34,760 nucleotides of DNA from Catajapyx aquilonaris (Eukaryota). Under the pieces are notes generated by a model. That model made no database searches and was not told where the DNA came from. It saw only the letters and a program-made list of their open reading frames with translations. Positions 23,145-34,760 of the stretch are shown here, piece by piece. Positions within the stretch are counted from its first letter, which is position 1, and every line of letters begins with the position of its first letter. The stretch spans positions 1 to 34,760 of the forward strand of contig JYFJ02004102.1 of NCBI GenBank assembly GCA_000934665.2. The letters run 5' to 3'. Position numbers and translations under genes: made by a program.

Positions 23145-26100
23145 GATACCTCGTGATAGGCCTTGGGCCTCTAAGGGGGTCTTCTTTTCGTGAACAAGTC
23201 TACAATCTTGTCCATCTACACACATGGGACATACCGAGTGAGACATTGTCAGTCTGGTAAACCAACTGGGTCAGTGCGGGAATCAGCTGCTCAATGGCCT
23301 CTGAAGGGATTACCAAATTAAAGTTGCGGCACATGTTGCACAGAGTCCATGTGATGGTTTGCAAGAAGTCAGGCTGCAACAATGGACACGAAGTAGTTAA
23401 TCAGGATGTTCAAAATTTATACTAGACTTATTACAGGAGTGACGGGCCTCCTCAGGCTTGACTGCGCTGATGATGTCAAATGCTCTTGCAATGTTTCCGA
23501 GGGCCAACACAGCCTGTTTTGCGACCCGTGCATCACATGAGCTCAAACAGGTCTACGAGGTAGGGGACACTCTCTGCGTCCATGACCTCCTTCTAGCTTC
23601 TTGTTGTACTTACCTGCCTCAATAATAGTTAATACAAATGTGGCCTCAAACTGAAGGTCAGCCCTGCAATGACAAAATGATGGTATCTACCAACTAATAT
23701 ATTCTGGTCACGCATGATTCAATATCAGTGATGCACTGTTCTCCGGAACACTTTTTTATTCCATATCTGGACGAATTATTTTGTGACAGTGATGTGCATT
23801 ATGGACGTTCGAATACGGTGAAAAATTGCTGTTGTGCCATTATTTTACCATGTCCACAAATTTATGTGGGCAATTTCCAGCTGGGGGCCATGACTGTTGG
23901 GATCATCATGGTGTGGAGTAGCCAGTGGAGGTGGAGGCGGACAGGTTGAGGGTGATAAAGAAAATGGGAGGGGAGAGTTCTGGGACTGAATCGGCCATGC
24001 TAATAATATTAAATCAGGGTTTGATTTATTGGCGCTTCTTGGTGAAATTTGTCTTAATATTTGGCTGCTCAAGGTAATCAAAAGCTGGAGTTCAGGTAGC
24101 TGAATTTTGAGCTGATAGTATGGGCAGAAGGTGTTTTGATCACCATGGCCTTCATGTGAGAATGTGATCATATGATCTCTCGCGCAAAATATTCAGGCTT
24201 GGGTTAAAGAGCCTAAGTAGAAAACCAAATTTTATGTGAGTTGGTGATACAATATATCAGATTGCCAGTACTCTCAGCTCATAATAATTTTGTAGACGTA
24301 TGCATGAGTAATATGCAGAAGGACTTTTCTTTGACGTAGTTGTCATTATAACTGCCTTGACAGAAACACATTATTGTAACAAAGTTATTTTGTGACATTT
24401 ATATTATACAGTGCATTACTGACCTCTGGCGTCTTCACGTACACTGCATGGATTATAGAAAGTAAAGGCGGTAGGCAAAGTCACTATTAGTCACTATTAT
24501 AGTCACTTCGTACCAATTTGCAGCTGGATTCACAGTAATTGGCATCCTGTCAAGATTAATGTGCATGTCGGACTCTATAGCTATCAGTATATTATTGTTA
24601 GGAGCGATGTATGTCACGTCATTCTCATTTTATCATGATGTATTAAAAGGTATAATAAGGTATAATGCGAAAGCACAAATCTTTCACACATTTCAACCAT
24701 GTTAAAAAATACATTTTTTCTCTGCATTATTGCCAGGTCGTATAAAACTGGAGGTTGTCCATGCACCATGTTTGGTCAAATTCCTCATTCTCTTCATCTT
24801 GTGTTGGAGAGGTTTCACTCATTTGTTGCCTTGAGGCACATGAAATAATTTCCTTGTTACCAACAACCATGAATTCAAGTTACTGTGTCACATGTAATGT
24901 ATATTAAAAGATGTCGGACGTCGGAGTATGTTACCCCCGATATATGAACCGGTGAGAATAATTGAACATGTTCCTCCTCTATATGCCGACATGTCGGTGG
25001 TTGGCGTCACTCCTTGCTATCTGCCACACGGCTCATTCGCATATTAGAAATATTTCGCCAATACTCCGCAGTAGTCGTGGGCCATCTCTTAGTGGTTCGC
25101 TGGAAGTCTTCAGCAGTTTATTAGGAATATCTTCGCCTGTGTGAGGTGCACCTTCCAGGTAATTGCTCTTAACGTCGAACTAACAATCAGTACATCTATT
25201 TCTTGGCTGGTATGGTGGATCCTGTTCTCCCGTCCCGTGAGTTTTATTTCATCTTATTATGACGTTGGTCTAATAATAAGGCTATGAATAAAATTATACG
25301 TATCCTGCAGAATATTCAAAGAAACGTCTTGTGGATGTTGGCGAAGACTTGTGTCTTTCTGAAAATTCAATAGTATATCAATACGCAGCTACTCTTCCCG
25401 TTGTGTAAGCTTTTTTGTTACATAATGTCGTCGCTCTTCTTCGCTTCTTTCCTTTCTGGTTGTCATGTGGGATGTGCGTGGCGAAAGTGTGAACGTCGCA
25501 TACTGTAGATTTGGAGGTGATTGGTCCACCGAATTTCGCACAGACCATAGGCGGCAGCGCTTTGTGCCCAAGTGCTGTGTCTAGTTCTTGGCTTGCAATG
25601 ACGTATCTTCGAGATTCCTGAGGACTCGGATGGCTCCAGATAGCATTATCCGCAATGTTTTATTATATGTAATATATGAACAATAATGCGCTTTCACAAA
25701 GCATGAAATGTCAACATGGATTGAGTGCATGGTTGTGTCACGTTGTGGTTTCGACTGGTTCAAGGGGTTCAAGATGTTGCCACAATTGACAACCATCTAA
25801 GCCCATTGCAACGCGTGAATGTGTCATACATTTGGGAAAAAGCAAAATGGCAACGAAAATTTCTGTTGTAGAAATACTTGTGTATAAACCCATATCATCA
25901 GACTTCATTATAATGACGAGTTTTCGAAGTGCTTGATTGCTACCTCATGGCTGCATGACTCGTTGCAGTGGTACTTAGGTCTCCCTACTGCCCTTCTTCC
26001 CTGTCATCTGGGCATGGCTTTCTGTGGCATCAATGTGGCATTGAGTACATTCTACCGCGCTGTTTATGGCTCCACGTCACGTCGCTACGTGAAGCGATAA

Positions 26101-26616
26101 ACTGGCGACTTTGGGAAAGAAACTCATATGCAGGATAATTATTTTAGACGTGCTTTTCTATCGTCCAGTACGAATTCGTACTAAAGTGGCGGGGCCTCTT
26201 TTAGGACGGACAGACAGCAAGGCTGCCAGTTCTTTTCGCCTAGCTCACACTCCGTTTCCACATGCGCGCCCGCCCAGCGACAGCCTCCCGCTTCGTTGTA
26301 TATATCTTCTGTATTTTCATTATGTCCGCATTGCGTGATTCCTGAAGGGTGTTCAGATCCTTTCTCAAACCTACGTTTTCCACCTCCAGGTATTTGACTT
26401 CCAGTAGGCTGTGATTCCTCTATACTTGCTTGAGGTCAAAAGTGTCCTAGATGTCATTATTTGGGGACTCTGGAAACTCTAAAGAGTGTTGCAATTTCTG
26501 AAAAATATTGTAACAATTTGATAGGTATCCGATGCCGCATGCAGTTATCCGAACATTCCCTACTCCCTGATTTGTGCATGTTGCAAATCGCATGTCTATT
26601 GTCAGATAGTCATGAT

Positions 26617-26618
<2 letters not shown>

Positions 26619-26662
<44 letters not shown>

Positions 26663-26753
26663 TGTTTATTCCCCTTCGCCCTAGAGCATCTAGGGGATGA
26701 CTTCTCAGGCATTATTTTACATTCAACTCCAAACATACAATTTACAAAACAAT
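26619..26753 (-). mobile_element. 5'-truncated LINE/SINE 3' end with stem-loop, AATAAA and (CTAT)n tail
   Basis: 15-bp TSD AGATAGTCATGATTA at 26604-26618 and 26754-26768. On the minus strand: CCCTAGA-TGC-TCTAGGG hairpin, then AATAAA, then a tetranucleotide tail (GATA repeats on +, about 26619-26662). Confidence 0.8.
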
Positions 26754-28270
26754 AGATAGTCATGATTATTCTCCCTGTCAGCATGACTGTTGATCTCTAA
26801 TTGCTAAGTGTATAGCAGTTGGACTCATGTTGTGGATAATGAAGGCTCGTAATTGCAGCCGTGAATGTGGCGGAAGCCTGGCCTTTGTGTGGTCATACAG
26901 TAGTTGGTGATTTCAAGGATTGTATTCTTGGACAGTTGTGATGGTATGGCCAAGCAGCTGTGAAGGGATCGTTTCCGTCAGTGAGTGANTGCAAGGAATA
27001 CAACGGCGTAAGTCCGACGTCTCTCCGACCCCGGGAAGTGCGAAATCTTTTTCATCCTATATCCTCCTCCTCGGCGTGGGGCTTTATGTATATTAGATTT
27101 TGTTCTTTTTCTGAGGTAATGAGGCGGACCATCTGTCTCTGGAACGGTCACGTGTTTTCCTGGGAAATGTCTTTTATTCATGAGTTTTATAACTGAAAAT
27201 TTTGTTCACGGGATAAATGTTGGGAGCCCTTTCGATGTCCCTTTCCAACTGTACTGTTCTTGTTGACGTTTATTTTAGGCTGGCCCCTTACCTGCGCAAC
27301 GGATCGGAGAGTCGTTTATCTGCAAGAATTAGTATGTCCCAAAATGCTGACATAATGCAGCCTGAGAAAGCCAATGTCATGTACTGTACGATATCATCTG
27401 TTTGTGTTAGGCCCCTACTGTTATATTGTTATATCGTATATTGATGGTTGCAGGATGAGCTAAATAGCTTTGAATACGTCTAGTTCCTCTATGTACTCAA
27501 ATTGGAGTAGAGGTTGCTGAATTTTGAGCAGATAATGTGGGCAGTATGGGCAGGTGTTTTGAGAACCATCCCCTTCATGTGAGACATTGATCTAATGATC
27601 TCGGATCTCATTACATGCAATGCGATTTACATTGCACTAAATAATTGGTACTAACTTTTCTACAATCATAGCATATGGTTAGACATTTTTTTAAAAAATT
27701 TGGTTACCCAGGCCGCCCAGGCCGAAGCCTCCACCGGCGACCTGGGGGGGGGAGATTGAAGGAAGACCACCTGATACCGACGAGGGAGCACGACTTTAAC
27801 CTGCGACCTTTAACCTACCAAATCACGACCAGCGCCATCTCATGGCAATTGATTGACATATATACATGTGACATGAACACACCTGAAGCGCCATTAAACT
27901 GTTGCATTTCATTTCATTTATATACATTATATGTAGTTCTCAATTCCCCCTCCCCCCGTATGGTTTGACAATGTGTATCTACAAGTAAATTACGGAACAC
28001 ATCCTGCACCTGGTCAGCAATATATTGTTGGCTGGGGCAGGCCAGAAACGCAGACCAGATATGAGCATTTCTGGACTCTTGTCGCTTCAAGCAAGGATTT
28101 ATTACTTGTACTGGGGCAATGAGCTTTTAGGAGAAAAATAATAAATTCCTGAGCATTAATGCGCGGATGTTGCTGTCGTAATTGAAGTGAGAGGTTGCAG
28201 AAGCCCATCAGATGAGGTGTCTTCATTTGACTTGAGTTTTCTTCATCCAAATCCAAAACTTCTTCATCCA

Positions 28271-28356
28271 AAACTGACAAAGCCCCACTGCTCCAATAGG
28301 ATATACCCATGACGTCATGGGTATATCCTATTGGAGCAGTGTGGCTTTGTCAGTTT
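28271..28356. repeat. 86-bp spacerless palindrome, one mismatch
   Basis: Centre ...ATATACCCATGAC|GTCATGGGTATAT... between 28313 and 28314. Confidence 0.95.
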
Positions 28357-28406
28357 CGTGGAACAAATTGGATAACTTCCTTGAATAGCCGTATCGTACG
28401 CAAGAG

Positions 28407-28502
28407 TGTACTATGGGCGCCAAAAGAATTGACCGGAGTTGATGGGTATATGGCACTATATACCCATCAACTCCGGTCAATTCTTTTGGCGCCCATAGTA
28501 CA
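28407..28502. repeat. Inverted repeat with perfect 45-bp arms and a 6-nt spacer
   Basis: TGTACTATGGGCGCC...GATGGGTATAT-GGCACT-ATATACCCATC...GGCGCCCATAGTACA. Confidence 0.95.
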
Positions 28503-29489
28503 TAATCATGACACACAATATCAGTGATATAGAAACATCTGAAATATTTATTGTAGTGAATCCACTAAATTTTACATAGGCCCCTATACCCATAGGCGGC
28601 AGTGCTTTGGGGCCACTGCTACTTGTGTGTATTTTCGCGATTCCTGATGATTCTGATGGAATCGGGTAAGCATTGTCTACATTGTCTTATAATGTGAATT
28701 ATAGATGCAACAAATATTGTGTAACGTGCAATTAAGATAAAATTACCATGGGAAATTTCAGTTTGATTGGGGGAGTCGGTATCATCTTCAAGGAAGAAAA
28801 CGCTTAGAACGTGAAAAAAAAGTTACAGTTTATAGTGGACTTTCATTCGCGAACATTGTGCTTGAAGGAAGTGCATGGCGACATTGTGTCCTGCATGTGT
28901 GTGCTGCTGTAAGATACAAGCCATTCGCTCTCGGAGTCGCCCGATGGAGAAATGGGCATATGACACACGTTGTAGTTGGAATATAACAAGAGTATTATAC
29001 TGTAATTGCTATTTTGATTGTCCTTCTCCTTTTGTAGAAAAGTGATTTCAGATTATATGACGTTACAAGATGAACTTTTCAGTATATCATATTATCGATA
29101 ACAAGAGGAATGGAAGTCCCTTTTGAGTTTCTCGTTGTTCATAACTTATCCGCATATATGACATTTGGCTACCTACATAGAAATGTCTGTTTGCTCCTTC
29201 TGTTGGCTCGTTTGGCATTGTGTAGCGCAATAGTTATAAGGGTTCCAAGGTAGGCCACCACCTTTCTAGGTAGTCGCCCCTAGTAGCAAACGAGAGCTCT
29301 GTCGTTTATAAATAGAAACTAATGTAAGGATATGTCACTCTTAAGGTGCAAGTTTTCTTAGATGCGGCGTTTTGTGGTCTCCATTATAACTTGATTATTA
29401 TCGTTGCAACTACTTGAAGATGTGCACACAATGGAGGGAATCCGCATCCAGTTAAAAGCAATGATGGTGGATATGATTCTATTCTATTT

Positions 29490-29570
29490 TTATATATATT
29501 TATTCTAGTTACTCCATTCTGGAGCATAGCTCCTTTAGGTGGACACACCCTTTAACCCACACACAAGGAC
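29490..29570 (-). mobile_element. Possible LINE 3' terminus
   Basis: Minus strand GGAGCTATGCTCCAGAATGGAG...AATAAATATATATA: short hairpins, poly(A) signal and (TA)n tail. No firm TSD or ORF remnant. Confidence 0.3.
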
Positions 29571-31089
29571 ATATATTTACTAACATACCAGTAGAAATGC
29601 CCCTTCCACAATGTTACAGCTTTCTTAATATGCTCACACTTGGGTTGCATCAGTTGGCAGACCTGTTGGCGGAGAGGGAATTTCGCTGCCAGGGCGGAGA
29701 CCCGACGAAAAGATCTGGCTCATATTACACCTGTCGCATATTTGATCTGGGGGAAATGCAATTTTACAGCCCGCCAAAAAACAACAACGACAATATTGAA
29801 TTGTTCTTCAAATTGACCCAAAGTCTTAGATGAGATAATGGCAGATTGTAAGGAAAATTATTTTCCATCACCGGCGAAACTTTTGGGACTGACCCATATG
29901 TAGAAGAAGATAATAAGATTCTATCGAGACCACAATTATTCCTTCATTTCACGCCTTTTGATGCCGAAATTATAGGCCTATGTTGTCGGCATCCAATCTT
30001 CTTCAACAATATTTGCAGCATCTTCATTGACATTGTGATAATGATGGTATACGTTCAAAGCGCTTGAAATTATGACTTGGAATGAATCGTTTCGCCTTGT
30101 GGCTTTGATATATCATAGTCATATATATCCATCATGGACAAACCAGAAGCTACAGTCATGCGCAGAGTGGAGAGAGCATCATAACTCTGCGTTTGTGGAA
30201 AATGTCGCTATATTTTTATTGTCAATTTTTCATAACTATTTTCTAAGGTCCTCTTTAGGATTGGTTTTTGGTGTAATTCGTACGAAAAAGTTCTTAAATT
30301 GTCCCGTTACTGGCATGTGGCATTTAATGGGAAGAAGGTAAATTAACCATTTATATGTGGCGTAATTGAGAGCAGTTGATGGCGATTTGGCTATAACTGA
30401 CTTTTTCCATGGTTCCGGAGTCAGCTGTACTATATAAGTTTTCTGCACAGATTGTTAACCAAAAGTTTTTAGACTTTTGGCAACTCTTTTCAATGGTTGA
30501 GAAAGCGACAAATGTATCTAGACCTATTAAGACACATCTTCCTCCGGTGTACCTATTTTCGATATCGGAATTGGGCATTGGCTTCCTATCTTTAAATGAA
30601 CTCTCTAGGCCTGAGTCGTGCTCTATAGAGTGACTGGCTACCTACTGATTGATGCCATCTAAGTGAATGATGCTGCCTTCTTATTCTTAGGGTGTCCTCT
30701 TTTGTCACTTGCATTTTCCATGGCACGTCTTGAATGGCCAGTGAAATAGTCGTGTGCCGTGGTAAGGTTTCCCATGATGAGGCGTGAGACATTTGGAATA
30801 ACACAACACTGTCATTGCTTGCGTGAAGAGAATGTTTTTGCTCTTATTTCACTTACTTTTAAATACGAGACAACGGGCGTCAAAAAATGTGTTTGTAATG
30901 TGCATCATTCCAAAGAGCACTCCATTAGTTGTGAAGTGGATGGTTTCTTACTTGCAATGTGTTTCGAGCATTGAAAGCATGGTTCATTCTTGACATCTGA
31001 AATGACCATTGGCTATGTCACTTGAATTATATAAATGGAATAAATTTTTTGTCCGTTTAGAACCGAGTTTGTAAGAGAGAAAATTGAGT

Positions 31090-31500
31090 TTTTTTGTGCT
31101 GAATGTTTCGCTCGAATTGTGACCCGCCCTTGTTCAGAACTACCCGAGTGTTTCTGAGCCTCTTGAAGGGAAGAAGGAATGACCTAGTATACGCGTGATA
31201 CACGGCTTATTTAGTGCTAATTAATGGTTTTAAGTCTGTCCTGGCTTTTGTGACTCGATGCCCCTGAACATAAAGCTTCAATTCAGGCAGCAGAATATTC
31301 TTGAGCTGATACACTGCAGCATATGGGCATGTAGCTCCACTCTGAAAGGACTGCCCATATTATATATTATGAATTCATCAGCAGCTCTCTCTTTACACGT
31401 CCTCTTCTGGACTATATCCAATTCCATGAGGACTGCCAACATAGGCCCAACTAACAGTTGCCTAAGGACGCGACTGTCGTACTTGGTATTAATGCTCGAC
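31090..31500 (-). mobile_element. Possible decayed Penelope-like element 3' part (GIY-YIG remnant plus degenerate hammerhead-like motif)
   Basis: Minus-strand frameshifted YQV...AYVG(Q)SS near 31485-31425, and downstream CTGAACA...CGAAAC near 31137-31104. Both matches are weak. Confidence 0.3.
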
Positions 31501-34498
31501 TGGAATACATTTTGCTCTGGCACTAAGGACCGGGGCAGGGGGCACTTGGGCATACTCTTCATTATTTACATGTCGTTCCTTTTTGAAGCCCGTCACCTGT
31601 AATGATGAGAATGTGGTCGCTCTCTGTAATTAAAAGGGGAACTTGATGTTGGTTGATATGAAATACACACCCAAAACCATGATAGGGGGAGCAGTGTCCT
31701 ACCAGGAGATTTTCTTTTATCACACTTTTAGTGCTATGCGGTATGTTACGACTCTGCAATAATAATTGTGCCACATAGTTAGACGGTGGTTCTAGTGACT
31801 AAAGTTGCTGCGTGTCAGACTGTCATTTAGTAATAATTACATACATGCAGCTCTAGTCACTGACTCCGACGAGGCATAGTCTTGGCTCTCAGTTGCTTAT
31901 GACGCAAGAATAACACTTTATAAGCTTCATATGACACTTGACTTATACCAGGCATATGCAATGCAACGCACCACTTCTCCAGGTCGTCCTACCTATTAGC
32001 AAACCGGAGCTGTTATTTATAAGGAGAAACTAATTTACTGGATAGATCACCCTTAGGATAAGCTCCTGGACTATTGTCTTATGCTTTGGCTTTGTGCAGA
32101 ATCATTATCGATGTTGACATATGAGAGACGCCAGAGACGCGAGATCTGTCCGGTAATGTTTTCTTCTTTATCAAATGGTTCAAATTTTGCCAGCTTCTTT
32201 GTAAACGAATTTATACTATAGGAGGGATGCATACTCTAGGTGCTATTATAGGTGTGATAAACTAGACATGTTCTGCACAGATTGGTAACCAAAAGTTTTT
32301 GAACTTTTGTCAACAATTTTCTATGACTTATAAAGTTAGACATGCAGATTATATTCAGTTGCAGCTTCCTCCGGTGTATACTCTTGACATCTGAAAGGGG
32401 CATGAGTCGTGTTGTACAGCCCTACCCTTTTTTCACCTCTGACTCTTTCAGGCAGACTGGACGCCTACTGATTGATGCCATCGGAGTGAATGAAGCTGCC
32501 TCCATATTCTGGATGGCATCTTCTCTTTCCAATAGTCTCATTCGGCCTCCTGCCTTCTGGGCAGTACAATTTGTAGAGCGGGAGATCTTCTCCTGAGGCA
32601 TTGTCATAGTGTACATTCATTATATGTCATATAACTTATATGTGAGTCGTCTTGATGATGTGAATCGTCTCTCTCAATCACGATAGTATTAATGTCGAGC
32701 CTGCAATATATTTATTACACTCTGCAGTAACTGGAAGTTCGAGCATAACCGCCGGCATAATTCACACTCATATTGTTGTCTCAGAGTGTCCTTGTAACAT
32801 AATTTCAGTACGGTAACTTACTGGAAGCATTCCATTAAAAAATAACGAGGATCAAAATTACGGAAATATGCCTTGGTTATTGCGACATGCCGGGTTATAC
32901 CGGCATGGAGTTTTATGTGAGGTAATACGGTATTTAAATTAATTGCGCCTGAGTCGTGTCATGGTTTTCTTCAGCAAGTATGTTTTTGTAAGACTCGAAA
33001 CATACTCTTATGGATTTCCATGTCCTTGAATGTTGCTGCATTATTATTCTGGAAGGCGTCTTATTTTGTCATATAGTTTTCTCTTTCCAGTGTGCTTGTT
33101 CGTGTATACCGCGCCCTTTTATTGCAGTATTAGTATTTGCAAGAAGGTACAAAGTGAAGGTGACTTCCTTTGCAGCCATGTTTCACACGATGTCATGTAA
33201 TTATGCGTACAAATGTTGTCGTAGAGAAAACTGTAGCAAAACTAAAATATGTGCCACTTTGCCGTTCCAATTATGTAGTTGTGTGAGGTTATTTTTCCTT
33301 CTCTGGTCTCGGCTAGATTACTGATTCGCAATTTAGAAATGCCGCACAACCGTTTGCACGTTGTAGTTGTCATGGGCCATAACTCGATGTTGCTGATGCG
33401 ACCGTACGGGCGTGTGGGTACACCAAAGCAAAAAGCGTCGTGGTGACAACGTATGTATTTGGCTATGATACAGATGGTATGGTTGGAGGGGAACAGGGAT
33501 TGACCAGCGCGACTGGCCATGTAGGTTATGGGTGGCGACCAGGGCGACTGGTCCAGAACATAGGTGAAGACCGCAAAGCATGATGGTTAAATGAGCAGAT
33601 AAGACAGGGTACCAAGGTGACATGAGGTGATAAGAGGTTGGGTTTACACAGTTGTCATTTTACAAATAATGGGCCGTCAAATACTGTCACACTGCTAATT
33701 TGGGTGTTCAGTAAGTTTCTCATATCTTCCATCTGTATAATGTGTTCCTTGAAAGCAATTGCTAGCCTCGTCGTAGATTTTCTCCGCACAATCTGCCCTA
33801 TTTGGCTGTTGACCACATACAATTATTATGCTTTGCAGGAAATGTGGCCTTATGATTTATTTTCTCAGCTCACAATATTCGTGCATATGATGTAGGCTCG
33901 GAGTACCAATCTACCAGGGAGGATAAATGATAAGATCACATCGCAATTTATTTACGCCGCTTTATATGATTTTGTAGGAGCCACAGGGTGTCAAACTAAC
34001 AATTCAGAAACAAGGCGCCATTGATATAGTAGAGAGAGATGAAATATGGACTGCAACAGAGCCAGTAAGGAAGGTAATGTTTTTTGTTCCTCTTTGCTAT
34101 GTGTATATTATTGATTATTATTATTTATTTTCAACATGTGCAATTTGATTGGTGCGTTTGGCAATAAAATCATCTTCACCGTGGTTTAAGTCACCTTTCG
34201 CCATGCACATCTCTACCTTAAAGAGATCCCCTATGTCACGTTTTATGGATTCATCAAGTGTCTAGCTATCTTCGTTTGGTAATTTTCTACATTGCTGTAC
34301 ATTGTACGAGGTAATTATGTAAATGATTTGTGTCTCCTTTGAGAGATTTTATAGCTTCAATATGACCTTGATGAAGGAGCTAAATCCAAGAGGTGAAAAG
34401 GGGAACGAGAATCTCACACGTGTTCTTTCAAGTTGGCCATAATTTATTGGTTCTCAACACACATGTGTAATACAGTACGTATATGCAATCACATATGT

Positions 34499-34760
34499 GA
34501 CAGGCTGGACCTGAGCTGCGTGGCCGAGTTCACTGGCCCACCGGCCCCTCCGTGGGCCCTGGTGGACGTGGACTGCTGCCTGGCACTCTCCGGGAATGCC
34601 AAGGCCGACACAGCGGACTGCGTTTACCGCATCCTCTTTGCCCAGCTTAAGAGGACAAGATATGAAGACTGGGCCCACGTGTACACCGACGGATCCAAGT
34701 CGGCTGACCACGTGGGGTGCTCTTTCGTCTGCTGCGGAGAGGCTCACTCTGAGTCCCTCC
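34499..34760 (+). mobile_element. 5'-truncated non-LTR retrotransposon (I/Nimb/Loa-type) ORF2, start of the RNase H domain; continues beyond the window
   Basis: Abrupt GC rise at about 34500 and an uninterrupted frame ...PPAPPWAL...YRILFAQLKRTRYEDWAHVYTDGSKSADHVGCSFV, with the PPW and (I/V)YTDGSK..G motifs of LINE RNase H. Confidence 0.88.

Larger units (their letters stand above)
22235..23663 (-). pseudogene. Importin-alpha (karyopherin alpha) pseudogene fragment, ARM-repeat region to near the C-terminus, retaining an intron
   Basis: Collinear minus-strand matches: ADLQFEATFVLTII (cf. LQFEAAWALTNI), VAKQAVLALGNIA (cf. EQAVWALGNIAG), TITWTLCNMCR...IEQLIPALTQLVYQTD, LTAGNETQVETIIKAALLPAIIAILEK, GSRDQL...LFWRLLNSRD, IEDEG..KVQELERH. 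A 62-nt GT-AG intron at 22981-22920 and an acceptor TTGCAG at about 23664. Stops, frameshifts and insertions throughout. Confidence 0.85.
24088..32560. repeat. Dispersed diverged paralogous blocks (third segmental-duplication zone)
   Basis: GCTGAATTTTGAGC...CCTTCATGTGAGA at about 24099 and 27516; CATAGGCGGCAG.GCTTTG...GATTCCTGA at about 25546 and 28591; TAGCAAAC..GAGCT...AGAAACTAAT at about 29284 and 31997; TTCTGCACAGATTG.TAACCAAAAGTTTTT...CTACTGATTGATGCCATC at about 30441 and 32271. Confidence 0.75.

Noticed and set aside
22752..23246. ORFs with poly-Ile and poly-Tyr tracts
   Set aside because: Produced by the (ATA)n microsatellite inside the importin pseudogene.
28309..28527. Opposite-strand ORFs sharing identical peptides
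   Set aside because: Trivial consequence of the 45-bp-arm inverted repeat; no evidence of coding.
33242..33623. Overlapping minus-strand ORFs in a GC-richer patch
   Set aside because: No recognisable domain in any frame; cannot be supported without a search.
34454..34747. 97-aa minus-strand ORF in the supplied track
   Set aside because: Antisense to the real + strand RNase H frame, which runs off the window.

Overview
Repeat-dense eukaryotic DNA, probably from an invertebrate animal (inferred from the transposon clades present). I see no intact host gene, rRNA, tRNA or CRISPR array. Recognisable elements: the 3' end of a chromodomain-bearing Ty3/Gypsy retrotransposon with its 3' LTR (1-1223); three zones of old, diverged segmental repeats (about 1.2-9.9, 19-21.7 and 24-32.6 kb); fragments of non-LTR retrotransposons (R1-like ORF1, I/Nimb-type RNase H, truncated LINE tails); a decayed pogo/DDE_1 transposase; and an intron-retaining importin-alpha pseudogene interrupted by a 390-bp direct-repeat mini-element. 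The most unusual items are three. First, a 270-bp SINE with a 17-bp target-site duplication (TSD) whose RTE-like head can fold in HDV-ribozyme helix order. Second, a roughly 750-bp mirror-symmetric GC-rich regulatory module bracketed by two perfect heat-shock elements, between an AT-rich repeated motif and two abutting long palindromes. Third, recurrent pairs of long near-perfect palindromes. All family assignments come from motif recognition by eye; no searches were run.
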